Positions 1 to 8,622 of a stretch of DNA of 64,000 nt are shown piece by piece. The stretch is from Patescibacteria group bacterium (GTDB taxonomy: Bacteria; Patescibacteriota; Minisyncoccia; UBA6257; Colwellbacteraceae). Position 1 is the first letter of the stretch; every line of letters starts with the position of its first letter. The DNA lies in NCBI GenBank assembly GCA_023380475.1, contig JAMCRD010000005.1:16087-80086 (forward strand). The letters are read 5' to 3'. Below the pieces are notes generated by a model that saw nothing but the letters and a program-made list of their open reading frames with translations, ran no database searches and had not been told where the DNA came from. The translations under genes and the position numbers were made by a program.

Positions 1-480
1 GTGTTTCTGGGACAGTACCTCGTTTATCTTTTGGCCATAGCATTCTTGTATTTGGTGATTAAAACCCCGCCAGGTCGGCGGCTGTATTTGTTTTCACTCG
101 CAACTCTCTCAGTCATCTTATCAGCGGGCATACTCAACCAGATAATCCAGTTCATTTCCCATAGGGCTGGGCCGTCTATAATATTATCCTTCACGCCATT
201 AATCAGCTCTGGCGCTAATTCAGTCTTCCCATCAGGATACATGGCCTTCCTGGTGCCTCTGGGCTTGGCCGTCTGGCAGTTTAGTCGTAAAAAAGGAGTC
301 TGGTTTATGGGACTCACCTTTGTAGCTGGCGTATTTATGGTTGTCGCTGGCGTCAATTGGCCTGGCGACATAGTTGTAGGTATGATTGTCGGCGTCGTAA
401 GTTTTACTTTAATCAGATTATTTTTTCGTGAGCAGGCGAGCACTCCCGCTTTTACCAGCAAGGACTCTCTGTTAGCATAA
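1..480 (+). CDS. PAP2-superfamily-like integral membrane protein, C-terminal part (5' end outside window)
   Basis: Multi-TM hydrophobic protein. FPSGY and GVNWPGDIVVG resemble PAP2 motifs PSGH and GxHWPxDVxxG, but both catalytic His positions are substituted (Y, N). The ORF runs to the window edge. Confidence 0.4.
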   Translation: MFLGQYLVYLLAIAFLYLVIKTPPGRRLYLFSLATLSVILSAGILNQIIQFISHRAGPSIILSFTPLISSGANSVFPSGYMAFLVPLGLAVWQFSRKKGVWFMGLTFVAGVFMVVAGVNWPGDIVVGMIVGVVSFTLIRLFFREQASTPAFTSKDSLLA

Positions 481-642
481 ATATCCCTAGCTAAGAGATC
501 CTTATCCAGTATTCGGAGTTATTCACCTTTTCTTAGTGCTGGACAAGTTATTTTTTGCTATAATTCAAAGTAATAATAAAAAACAGGTTTAGCAAAACTG
601 GTTCCCAGTAAAGGTCGAATCAAATTCTCAAATTGAGAACAA

Positions 643-720
643 ATGGCTAAGAAAGCAAAGAAAGCAAAGAAAGCAACCAAGAAAACCAAGAGAGCTGCCA
701 AGAGAGGCAAGAGAAGGTAA
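643..720 (+). CDS. small Lys/Ala-rich basic peptide (25 aa, MAKKAKKAKKATKKTKRAAKRGKRR)
   Basis: ATG at 643, stop TAA at 718-720. Not in the ORF track (below the 60-aa cutoff). Followed by a hairpin plus T-tract. Could be spurious. Confidence 0.25.
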   Translation: MAKKAKKAKKATKKTKRAAKRGKRR

Positions 721-740
721 TATTCTTGGATCATGTTTGC

Positions 741-783
741 GACAAAGCCCGCTGTACAAGTGGGCTTTGTCTTTATTTATTTG
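741..783 (+). terminator. rho-independent terminator-like hairpin (gacaaagccc ... gggctttgtc + T-rich tract)
   Basis: 10-bp inverted repeat at 741-750 and 762-771, followed by ctttatttatttg. Confidence 0.45.
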
Positions 784-864
784 TGCCGGAGGAGGGACTT
801 GAACCCTCATGAGTTGCCTCATACGATTTTGAGTCGTACGCGTATGCCATTCCGCCACTCCGGC
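783..864 (-). tRNA. tRNA-Leu(CAA)
   Basis: The reverse complement folds as a cloverleaf: acceptor GCCGGAG/CTCCGGC, anticodon loop CTCAAAA (CAA), long variable arm, T-arm GGTTCAAGTCC. Confidence 0.8.
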
Positions 865-914
865 AGTTAACAAAATTGATGGTGCCATATTCTTGGGCTA
901 TAGTAAAGGCAGTA

Positions 915-1697
915 ATGGCCAGGGTTATAGCTATTTGTAATCAAAAAGGTGGTGTTGGCAAGACTACGACAGCAGTTAATCTCGGTGCCTATCTAGCAGC
1001 TCTCGGTCGGAAGGTCTTGTTGGTAGATTTCGATCCTCAAGCTAACGCCACCTCTAGTCTCACTGGAACAAGATCTGCTGTTAATACCATATACCATGGT
1101 CTCACTGGATCTATACCTTACACTCAGCTGGTCAGGCCAAGTGAGATTTTGAATTATTACTATATTCCTGCATCGGCCGATCTCTCCGGTGCCCTAGTTG
1201 AACTAGTTTCCATGCCGGGTAGAGAATACTATCTACGTAATTTTGTCCATAACTTACGGCAGCAATACGATTACATAATAATAGACCTGCCTCCTTCTTT
1301 AAGTTTGTTAACCCTGAATGGTCTTATCGCGGCCGATGAAGTTATTATTCCGGTGCAAGCGGAATATTACAGTCTTGAAGGATTGAGTGAACTTCTACAG
1401 ACGGTAGATCTATTGCGGGAACGTTTGCATCACCCCATTCGTGTTGCCGGGGCATTGGTGACCATGTATGATAGACGTGAACGTTTAGCACGGGAGGTGG
1501 CCAAAAATCTGCGAGCCCATTTCCCATACAAAGTGTTTAATACAGAAATACCACGGGCTGTATCACTGGCCGAGGCTCCGGGATTTGGGAAACCGATATT
1601 GATTTATGATCCCGAATCAGTCGGAGCTAACGCTTATCGTCGCTTGGCGGAAGAAGTGATAGCCCTAGAAAGTGAACTGCATAATCAAGTAACTTAA
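915..1697 (+). CDS. parA: ParA/Soj chromosome-partitioning ATPase
   Basis: Deviant Walker A motif CNQKGGVGKTTTAVNLGAYLA. Start placed at MARVIAI (ATG 915) rather than the ORF-track start at 876. Confidence 0.9.
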   Translation: MARVIAICNQKGGVGKTTTAVNLGAYLAALGRKVLLVDFDPQANATSSLTGTRSAVNTIYHGLTGSIPYTQLVRPSEILNYYYIPASADLSGALVELVSMPGREYYLRNFVHNLRQQYDYIIIDLPPSLSLLTLNGLIAADEVIIPVQAEYYSLEGLSELLQTVDLLRERLHHPIRVAGALVTMYDRRERLAREVAKNLRAHFPYKVFNTEIPRAVSLAEAPGFGKPILIYDPESVGANAYRRLAEEVIALESELHNQVT

Positions 1698-1701
1698 TCT
1701 C

Positions 1702-2697
1702 ATGTTAGGTAGGGGCCTAGAAGCACTTATTCCGCAAAATGGGCAAGGTAACGGTGATCCATCCGAACCGCATGATTTCGGGACGGGTGGCGATAGCCCA
1801 GCCGAGCCGATGGATAAAGGCGACCTTGTTGTAGGCCACTCTGAGCCAAAGTTGCCAACACCGATTGAATCGGTGTTCCAGATAGAAGTTGATCATATCA
1901 CCCCTAATCCCCAGCAGCCACGGCGGCAATTTAACCCCGAGGCTCTTAAGGAATTAGCTGAATCGATACGTGAGTTCGGCGTCCTCCAACCGCTCATCGT
2001 TACCAAGATAGAAAAAGAAACGGAAGAGGGGACAACCGTTAGCTATGAACTGATAGCTGGTGAACGCAGGCTGCTGGCAGCTAGAATATCTGGTTTGCGT
2101 ACCGTGCCGGCTATAATACGCCGCACCTCGCTGGACCGTGATAAGTTGGAACTGGCGGTAATCGAAAATATCCAGCGTGAAAATCTTAATCCAATAGAAG
2201 AAGCTAGGGCTTACTCACGCCTACAGGACGAATTTAAGCTGACCCAACGTGAGATAGCTTCACGGTTAGGCAAGAGCCGCGAGGTTGTGGCCAACCGGAT
2301 GCGTCTGCTGAACCTGCCTTCAGAAATTCAGGAGGCGATCGCCTCCGGCAGGGTTAGTGAGAGCCAGGCTAGATTACTGCTGTCGGTCGATGACATAGCC
2401 AGACAAAGACAGCTGTTCTCCGAACTGATGCGCAGCGAGATGAGTGTTCGCGAGCTAAAGGCGAAGGTTTCAGGAACAAGAGTCGCCAAAGATGTCAGTC
2501 ACGAGGAGAGCGGACCGGTGTTCTTAGACCCAGAGACAGAAGCGATGAAAGAGCAACTCGAGGAATTCTTGGGTACGGAGGTTGATCTTAACCGCAAAGG
2601 TGGCAGTGGTAAAATAAGCATCAATTTTTACTCGGCTGAAGAGCTGAACGGTATACTGAGCAAGATCCTTAAACAGGACGATGCTCAATCTCTTTAA
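1702..2697 (+). CDS. parB: ParB/Spo0J partition protein
   Basis: ParB N-terminal box LIAGERRLLAARISGLRTVPAIIR plus an HTH region. Directly downstream of parA. Confidence 0.9.
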   Translation: MLGRGLEALIPQNGQGNGDPSEPHDFGTGGDSPAEPMDKGDLVVGHSEPKLPTPIESVFQIEVDHITPNPQQPRRQFNPEALKELAESIREFGVLQPLIVTKIEKETEEGTTVSYELIAGERRLLAARISGLRTVPAIIRRTSLDRDKLELAVIENIQRENLNPIEEARAYSRLQDEFKLTQREIASRLGKSREVVANRMRLLNLPSEIQEAIASGRVSESQARLLLSVDDIARQRQLFSELMRSEMSVRELKAKVSGTRVAKDVSHEESGPVFLDPETEAMKEQLEEFLGTEVDLNRKGGSGKISINFYSAEELNGILSKILKQDDAQSL

Positions 2698-4351
2698 TTT
2701 GTCTTATCTTCTTCAATTTAAGAACGAGCTTTGACATTTTGTCTCGGTCAGCTGTATCGCAGATTATCTTCATGGTACTGAAGCGTCCACCCTTTTCTTT
2801 ATTGGATTGAATTTGCAGGATATTGATATGTGACCTGGAAATAGTTGCTGTTATGTCTTTGTAGATACCAATACCTTCCTCAACCACTATTTTAAGTTCC
2901 GATTTTGGGTTCTCTTGAAGCATGCCCCCTCTACGCTCCTTTAGAGCCGCCCTTATTTTCTTCTTGGTGAATCCGCCGACAACGAAGTTCAGCCAAGAAG
3001 GAGATGGTTTTTTGCCCTTCTGGGTTATTATTTCCACTATGTCCTGTGACTGCAGCTTGTAGTCCAACGGGACTATCTTGCCGTTGACTTTGGCTCCGCT
3101 GCATTGATTGCCCAAGTCGGTGTGAATCATGTAAGCAAAGTCAACGGGCGTCGCCCCGCGAGGCAGGTCAATGACCTCACCACGGGGGGTTATCACAAAT
3201 ATTCTGTCTTTGAAGAAGTCTATCTTGAGTGATTCCATGAACTCCTTCGGATCTGTGAATTCTCCTTGCCAGCTGCGAAGTTGCTGAACCCATCGTAGTT
3301 CCTTGGCATCGGCGAAGCTAGTACGCTTTTCGTTTTTGCCTTTGGTCTGATCATACGCCCAGTGGGCGGCTATGCCGTTCTCGGCCTGATCATGCATCTC
3401 CTGTGTTCGTATCTGGAACTCGACGAATCTCCCTTCATCAGCTATGACCGTGGTGTGCAAACTGCGGTAGCCGTTAGGTTTGGGGGTGGCGATATAATCT
3501 TTAATGCGTCCGGGCACCGGCGGCCAGATTTTGTGGATTATACCCAGTGTCTCATAACATTCGCCGATGCTGCTGACTATTATCCTGAAAGCAACAAGAT
3601 CGTATATCTTGTCCAAGTCCGTGCCGTAACGCTGCAGTTTTTTGTAGAGGCTGGCGTAGCGTTTTGCTCTGAAGTCTATCTGGATCGGTTTTATGCCCGC
3701 CTCCCGCAAGGCCCTTTCCACCTTGGGTCGAATAGACCGCAGGTACTTGTCGCGGTCTTCGTATCTGTCTCGGACGTGTTCAATCAGCCAGCGATACTCT
3801 TCGGGATGGGTGTAAGGAAAGGCAAGATCTTCTAGTTCTCCTGATAGATTTTGCATCCCCAGCCGGTAGGCTAAAGGAGCATAGATTTCAGCTGTCTCTT
3901 CAGCGACCCTTTTTTGCTTCTGAGGGGGTAGGGCCGATAGAGTCAGCATGTTGTGGCGGCGATCAGCCAACTTTATAAGTATGACCCTTATATCCTCAGC
4001 CATTGCCAGAATCATTCGCCGTATATTGTTAACTTGCTCGGCTTCGCCGCGATATTTGACGTGGCCGAGTTTGGTGACACCTTCCACCAAGAAGCGTACA
4101 TCGCTGCCAAACTTCCGTTCTATTTCTTCAGGTGTTTCGGGTGTATCTTCGATAACGTCATGTAGCAAGCCGGCGGTTACCGTTACCTCATCCATGCCTG
4201 CCTTGGCCAAGTATTCAGCTACGGCCACCGGGTGGCTGAAGTACGACTCGCCGCTAACGCGCTTCTGATTGGCATGCGCTGTCTTGCTGAAGTCGTAGGC
4301 TCGGCCGATAAGGCTTGATTTGTCCTGGATAGTTTTTGCGAAGTTTATCAA
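2669..4351 (-). CDS. rel: bifunctional (p)ppGpp synthetase/hydrolase Rel (RelA/SpoT family)
   Basis: HD hydrolase motif HDVIEDT, synthetase motifs (RYGTDLDKIYDLVAFRIIV, YRSLHTTV), C-terminal TGS/ACT-like region. Convergent 29-nt overlap with the parB 3' end. Confidence 0.9.
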   Translation of the reverse strand: MINFAKTIQDKSSLIGRAYDFSKTAHANQKRVSGESYFSHPVAVAEYLAKAGMDEVTVTAGLLHDVIEDTPETPEEIERKFGSDVRFLVEGVTKLGHVKYRGEAEQVNNIRRMILAMAEDIRVILIKLADRRHNMLTLSALPPQKQKRVAEETAEIYAPLAYRLGMQNLSGELEDLAFPYTHPEEYRWLIEHVRDRYEDRDKYLRSIRPKVERALREAGIKPIQIDFRAKRYASLYKKLQRYGTDLDKIYDLVAFRIIVSSIGECYETLGIIHKIWPPVPGRIKDYIATPKPNGYRSLHTTVIADEGRFVEFQIRTQEMHDQAENGIAAHWAYDQTKGKNEKRTSFADAKELRWVQQLRSWQGEFTDPKEFMESLKIDFFKDRIFVITPRGEVIDLPRGATPVDFAYMIHTDLGNQCSGAKVNGKIVPLDYKLQSQDIVEIITQKGKKPSPSWLNFVVGGFTKKKIRAALKERRGGMLQENPKSELKIVVEEGIGIYKDITATISRSHINILQIQSNKEKGGRFSTMKIICDTADRDKMSKLVLKLKKIRQIKEIEHRPV

Positions 4352-4363
4352 TGCACCTCCTTT

Positions 4364-6604
4364 TTATTCCCTTTGGGAATCTTTGTCCAGATTGGTTTTG
4401 ATCCTGGCTTTTTTAGTTTTAGGCGGGTTGGCCTTCCAGTTAACGTAGGCCTCGTCGAGTTCGGCTTGAGTTTCCGGTTTCTTGTTCATCACGAAGTTGC
4501 ACTCTGGAAATCTGGTGCAGGCATAAAACGGTTTGCCTCTGCCCCGTCCGCGCTTTTCGACGATATCGCCGGGATTGTCCTTGCGCTCAGGCGATGTCAT
4601 ACAGTTGGGACATTTAAATCCAGTTTTATTCCATATTTTTTTAACTCCCTTGCACTTAGGATAATCGGTGCATCCCAAGAAGTATCCGAAGCGGCCTCGT
4701 TTAATTTCCATCGGTTTGCCACATATCGGGCACAATTCGCCTTTGGTCTTTTCTTGAAGCTCTTTGATTTTAGCTGCCTCTTCGGGAAGGGGCATGGTCA
4801 CTTTAGATTCGGGGTCTGGACAAGCCAAGAATTTCCCCATCCGCCCGAACTTGATAAGCATCAGCTTGCCACAATGAGGACAGGGAACGTCCGATACCTC
4901 GACTCGTTTCTCGACGCTGGCCTCACGTTCTTCAAGATGCTTCTTGAAGGGCTTGTAGAATTCACTGCAGACCGTCGTCCATTTGGTTTTGCCGTCGGCT
5001 ATTTCATCCAGTTCTTCCTCGATGTGTGAGGTAAAATTGATATCGACGATTTCCGGGAAATTTTCTACCAGCATGTCGTTGACGATTGTCCCTATCTCTG
5101 TGGGGTGATACTTCTTATCTATCTTTTCGACATAGTCCCTGCTTTGGATAGTGGACAAAGTCGGGGCATAGGTCGACGGCCGTCCCACGCCATAACTCTC
5201 TAGGGCTTTGATTAGCGTAGCGTCAGTATATCGTGGGGGTGGTTCGGTAAAGTGCTGTGAGGGTAGGATCTCTACAGATTTGACCTTGTCCCCGGTCGCG
5301 AGTTTCGGCAAGACCATTTCCTCTTCTTCGCCTCCCGGTTCATCGCGGCCCTCCGTGTAGACCCTTATGAAACCATCGAAGATTATTACTTGGCCACTGG
5401 CCCTGAATACAAATCTTTTGTCTCCGGATTGGATATCGGCCGAAGTTTGTTCCAAAGCTGCGGATTGCATTTGGGAAGCAATAGTCCGTTTCCAGATCAG
5501 GTCGTACAGCCGTTTCTGTCCTCGGTCCGATAATTCGAAGCTGTCTCCGACTTTTTTGCTTATATCGGTGGGGCGGATAGCTTCATGGGCTTCTTGGGCG
5601 CCTTTGGATTTGTTGGTGAAGTAACGAGGGACGTTTAAGGCATATTTATCTCCGAACTGCTCCTTGATAACTTCCTGGGCTTGAGCCAAGGCGCTACTCG
5701 CAAGATTTAGACTATCCGTGCGCATGTAAGTGATGTACCCATTTTCATACAGCTGCTGGGCTACGGTCATGGTCTGTTTGGCCGAGAATCCCAACTTGCG
5801 CGCAGCTTCCTGTTGCAGGGTGGAAGTTGTGAAAGGCGGCGCCGGATTCCTGGAAAGCTGTTTGATCGCAACCTCACCTACGCTATAGGTAGCGCCATCC
5901 AGTTCAGAGAGTATCCCCCTAGCCGCACTTTCATCTGGGACACCCATTTTGCCGAGTGGCTTACCATCTACCGCATAAAGTTTGGCCTGGAATTCTTGTT
6001 TATCCTTTCGGAACGTGCCTTCGATTGACCAATATTCATCTTTGCGAAAAGATTGGATTTCCCTTTCTCGTTCTACTATCAGACGTACGGCCACGCTTTG
6101 AACCCGCCCGGCCGATAAGCCGTAACGTATCTTCCGCCACAAGAAAGGGGATAGTTCGTAGCCGACCAGCCTGTCCAAAACCCTTCTGGCTTGCTGGGCA
6201 TCAACCAGGTTTAGATCTATGTCGCGGGGGTGCTCCAAAGCCGCGAGAATCGCATCTCTGGTTATTTCGTGGAACACGATGCGCTCCGTTTCTTTTTTAC
6301 TGTCCCCAAGGTCCAATGCCGTCACAAGGTGCCAAGCAATAGCCTCACCTTCGCGGTCTTCATCTGTGGCCAGTATGACCCGTGACGATCTCTTAGCCAG
6401 TTTCTTGAGGTTGTCTACGACCGGCTTGGCTTTTGGGGGTATGACGTACTGCGGTTCGAAATTGTGCTCGATATCTATGCCTATCTTGCTTTTAGGCAGA
6501 TCGCGGATATGACCGTAGGATGATTCAACTTTGAAATCTGTGCCCAAAAATCGGCCGATGGTTTTGGCCTTGGTAGGTGATTCTACAATTACTAAAGTTT
6601 TCAT
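4364..6604 (-). CDS. topA: DNA topoisomerase I
   Basis: Toprim start MKTLVIVESPTKAKTIGRFLG, catalytic core, C-terminal C4 zinc-ribbon repeats (CPHCGK..., CPICGK...). Tandem with rel on the minus strand. Confidence 0.95.
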   Translation of the reverse strand: MKTLVIVESPTKAKTIGRFLGTDFKVESSYGHIRDLPKSKIGIDIEHNFEPQYVIPPKAKPVVDNLKKLAKRSSRVILATDEDREGEAIAWHLVTALDLGDSKKETERIVFHEITRDAILAALEHPRDIDLNLVDAQQARRVLDRLVGYELSPFLWRKIRYGLSAGRVQSVAVRLIVEREREIQSFRKDEYWSIEGTFRKDKQEFQAKLYAVDGKPLGKMGVPDESAARGILSELDGATYSVGEVAIKQLSRNPAPPFTTSTLQQEAARKLGFSAKQTMTVAQQLYENGYITYMRTDSLNLASSALAQAQEVIKEQFGDKYALNVPRYFTNKSKGAQEAHEAIRPTDISKKVGDSFELSDRGQKRLYDLIWKRTIASQMQSAALEQTSADIQSGDKRFVFRASGQVIIFDGFIRVYTEGRDEPGGEEEEMVLPKLATGDKVKSVEILPSQHFTEPPPRYTDATLIKALESYGVGRPSTYAPTLSTIQSRDYVEKIDKKYHPTEIGTIVNDMLVENFPEIVDINFTSHIEEELDEIADGKTKWTTVCSEFYKPFKKHLEEREASVEKRVEVSDVPCPHCGKLMLIKFGRMGKFLACPDPESKVTMPLPEEAAKIKELQEKTKGELCPICGKPMEIKRGRFGYFLGCTDYPKCKGVKKIWNKTGFKCPNCMTSPERKDNPGDIVEKRGRGRGKPFYACTRFPECNFVMNKKPETQAELDEAYVNWKANPPKTKKARIKTNLDKDSQRE

Positions 6605-6740
6605 AACTAACGTCTTGCCTTCAACGGCTTAACTTTTGAACTCAAATACTAGTTAGTTCACGGAAATTGTCAATTCTCACATGAGCTGAGGTCCGGTCAC
6701 TTTCCCAAACTGCTCAATCTTATTATACTTAATAGTAATA

Positions 6741-7271
6741 ATGCCACGAGAATTCAAGGTCAAGTTTGCGCTTAGTGTGGGAATAACTCTGGCTTTGCTA
6801 GCAGTGATCGTCATCGCCATGCTTTATATTCACGGTGACCTGTCCAATAACTCTGCCGCCATAGCGCAAATAAACCAGGCTATAGCCAGCAAGGACAACA
6901 CCCTTAAGAACCTTAACTTGCTTGAGCAGCAGCAGCCGCTGGCCGCTCCGCTGCTCGCTAAAATGGACGCGGCCGTACCTAGCCAGGATATGCTCTTTAC
7001 GCTTCAGCAGAATATGCAGGCTATGGCCAAGAGTGATAATCTATCTTTCAGTTCGCAGTTTGGGTCGCAGACTCCCAGTACGAATAGCACGCCGGGGTAT
7101 GTTGCCATCTCTATGACGGTACAGGGTAGCTACAGCAGTATCCTAGCCTTCCTTGAAGGTATCGAGGGCAGCACCGGCTTCGTGAGCGTATCGGGGGTGG
7201 ATATAACTCAACAATCTTCCAGTAACAATTTCAATGCTATCATAAGTGGTAACATACCCTTCCATGATTAA
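6741..7271 (+). CDS. membrane-anchored protein, PilO-like (type IV pilus inner-membrane component homolog)
   Basis: N-terminal TM helix, then a Q/L-rich coiled region and a C-terminal beta-rich domain resembling PilO. Located far from the main pil locus. Confidence 0.3.
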   Translation: MPREFKVKFALSVGITLALLAVIVIAMLYIHGDLSNNSAAIAQINQAIASKDNTLKNLNLLEQQQPLAAPLLAKMDAAVPSQDMLFTLQQNMQAMAKSDNLSFSSQFGSQTPSTNSTPGYVAISMTVQGSYSSILAFLEGIEGSTGFVSVSGVDITQQSSSNNFNAIISGNIPFHD

Positions 7272-7461
7272 ACGAAGCTTCGACAGATTAGAGATGTGGG
7301 TTATAAGCGGTGTAGTTATTACGCTTGTTATCACTTTGGCTGTCGTTTTTTACTCTATCAATGTTGTGAGTGGCGATCTTTACGACGCTTTTTCTCCGGC
7401 ACAATCTCCCACGCCCGCGATCAGCTTCAATATAAACGGCTACAATTCTTTGGGACTGTAA
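7264..7461 (+). CDS. small single-TM membrane protein
   Basis: Hydrophobic helix WVISGVVITLVITLAVVFY. Overlaps the stop of the upstream ORF. Start uncertain (7246/7264/7294). Confidence 0.25.
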   Translation: MIKRSFDRLEMWVISGVVITLVITLAVVFYSINVVSGDLYDAFSPAQSPTPAISFNINGYNSLGL

Positions 7462-7534
7462 GACTTGTCTAGTTGTTACTAAAGTTGTACGCTAGGGCAG
7501 TGTCTACCTAGGATTGTTGGTGACTTTAGTGATT

Positions 7535-7858
7535 ATGAAAGCTGGGCTAAGACAAGAAGCAATTGAATTACGTACGGGGGATAGATTAAGCTACAGTGAG
7601 ATTCAGAGAAGACTTAATGTTCCCAAAAGCACCCTAAGCTATTGGCTAAGAGAATATCCTCTAGATGAGGCGGAAATCGTAAAATTGCGCCATCGTGCCT
7701 GGCTTAAAGGAGAAACAAGTCGCGAGCGTTTTAGGAATGCGATGCAAAGAAAACGAGAGCAATTGGAGCAAGAAGCATATTATCAGCAAAGAAAAAGGTT
7801 AATTGGTATTAAAAAAGAAAGATTTGTAACAAAAAACGCGCGCGTAGTTCAGTGGTAG
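7535..7858 (+). CDS. HTH-domain protein (transposase/resolvase-type HTH; possible regulator or transposase N-terminal remnant)
   Basis: LSYSEIQRRLNVPKSTLSYWLREY is a classic HTH resembling IS630/IS3 OrfA N-termini. The basic C-terminal tail runs 21 nt into tRNA-Ile. ATG at 7535 preferred over TTG at 7514. Confidence 0.45.
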   Translation: MKAGLRQEAIELRTGDRLSYSEIQRRLNVPKSTLSYWLREYPLDEAEIVKLRHRAWLKGETSRERFRNAMQRKREQLEQEAYYQQRKRLIGIKKERFVTKNARVVQW

Positions 7859-7911
7859 AACGCCATACTGATAATGTGGAAGTCGTAGGTTCGATTCCTA
7901 CCGCGCGCACC
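7838..7911 (+). tRNA. tRNA-Ile(GAT)
   Basis: Acceptor GCGCGCG/CGCGCGC, anticodon loop CTGATAA (GAT), T-arm GTAGGTTCGATTCCTAC. Confidence 0.85.
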
Positions 7912-7934
7912 GGGATCGTTTTTAAATTGGAAGA

Positions 7935-8009
7935 GCGCGATTAGCTCAGTGGTGGAGCGCGTCGTTGACATCGACGAGGTCGCAGGTTCGATCCCTGCAT
8001 CGCGCACCA
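7935..8009 (+). tRNA. tRNA-Val(GAC)
   Basis: Acceptor GCGCGAT/ATCGCGC, anticodon loop TTGACAT (GAC), T-arm GCAGGTTCGATCCCTGC, encoded CCA. Confidence 0.85.
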
Positions 8010-8325
8010 AAATCAGACTTTCATCAATTTGACCTATTTTTTCACGCGCGGCACGCAGTGCCGCGTAAGGTTTGATGGGGCTAAATTCGATACGGCGGTT
8101 TTTTAACGATAGGTTCGAGCCGAAGATTTTGAAACTTCCGGACTTGAGGGCGATATATCCCAGCTATGTCGAATAAGTCCGGAATCTTAAGACTCTCTCT
8201 AGAGCTCTGATCTTTGGCGTTCCTTTGGAGGAGTTACTGTTTACTTTTGCCATAGGCTTCTTCTGGTCGGCGTGTACGAATATGCAACATCTCGTAAGCT
8301 ATCTCCTTGAGCGTATAATGTAAGC

Positions 8326-8601
8326 ATGATAAAGATCGAGGGCAGGGATATCTGGCGCGATGGTTCGAAAGTGGGCTGGATCGAGGGTGACTACGTACGC
8401 GCCAGCGACGGTAGCCGACTAGGTTACTTCGACAGTCACTACATCTATAATTCGAGTGGTAGCAAGGTTGCCTATGTCCAAGGGGCTTACCTGTGTTCGA
8501 ACACCGAAGACAAAAAGATCCCGCTGGATAAAGTGAATGAGCAGGTGAGCGGTGGCATGATCTCTGATATTGCCAGATGTGCTGTTTATGTATTGCTTTA
8601 A
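8326..8601 (+). CDS. small tandem-repeat protein (three to four ~16-aa WG/KWG-like beta-hairpin repeats)
   Basis: Repeats KVGWIEGDYVRASDGS / RLGYFDSHYIYNSSGS / KVAYVQGAYLCSNTED with consensus [KR][VL]G[WY][IF]xGxY[VI]xxSxGS. ATG at 8326. Confidence 0.5.
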   Translation: MIKIEGRDIWRDGSKVGWIEGDYVRASDGSRLGYFDSHYIYNSSGSKVAYVQGAYLCSNTEDKKIPLDKVNEQVSGGMISDIARCAVYVLL

Positions 8602-8622
8602 ATAAAGATCTACCAGCTAAAA

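Noticed and set aside
628-888. 86-aa minus-strand ORF
   Set aside because: It lies entirely over tRNA-Leu(CAA) and its flanks, and has a low-complexity Cys/Leu/Phe-rich tail. Spurious.
3362-4268. Several plus-strand ORFs (157, 106, 70 aa)
   Set aside because: Antisense shadow ORFs inside rel.
7514-7858. Possibility of an intact IS element
   Set aside because: No DDE catalytic ORF and no terminal inverted repeats detectable by eye. Only the HTH portion is present.
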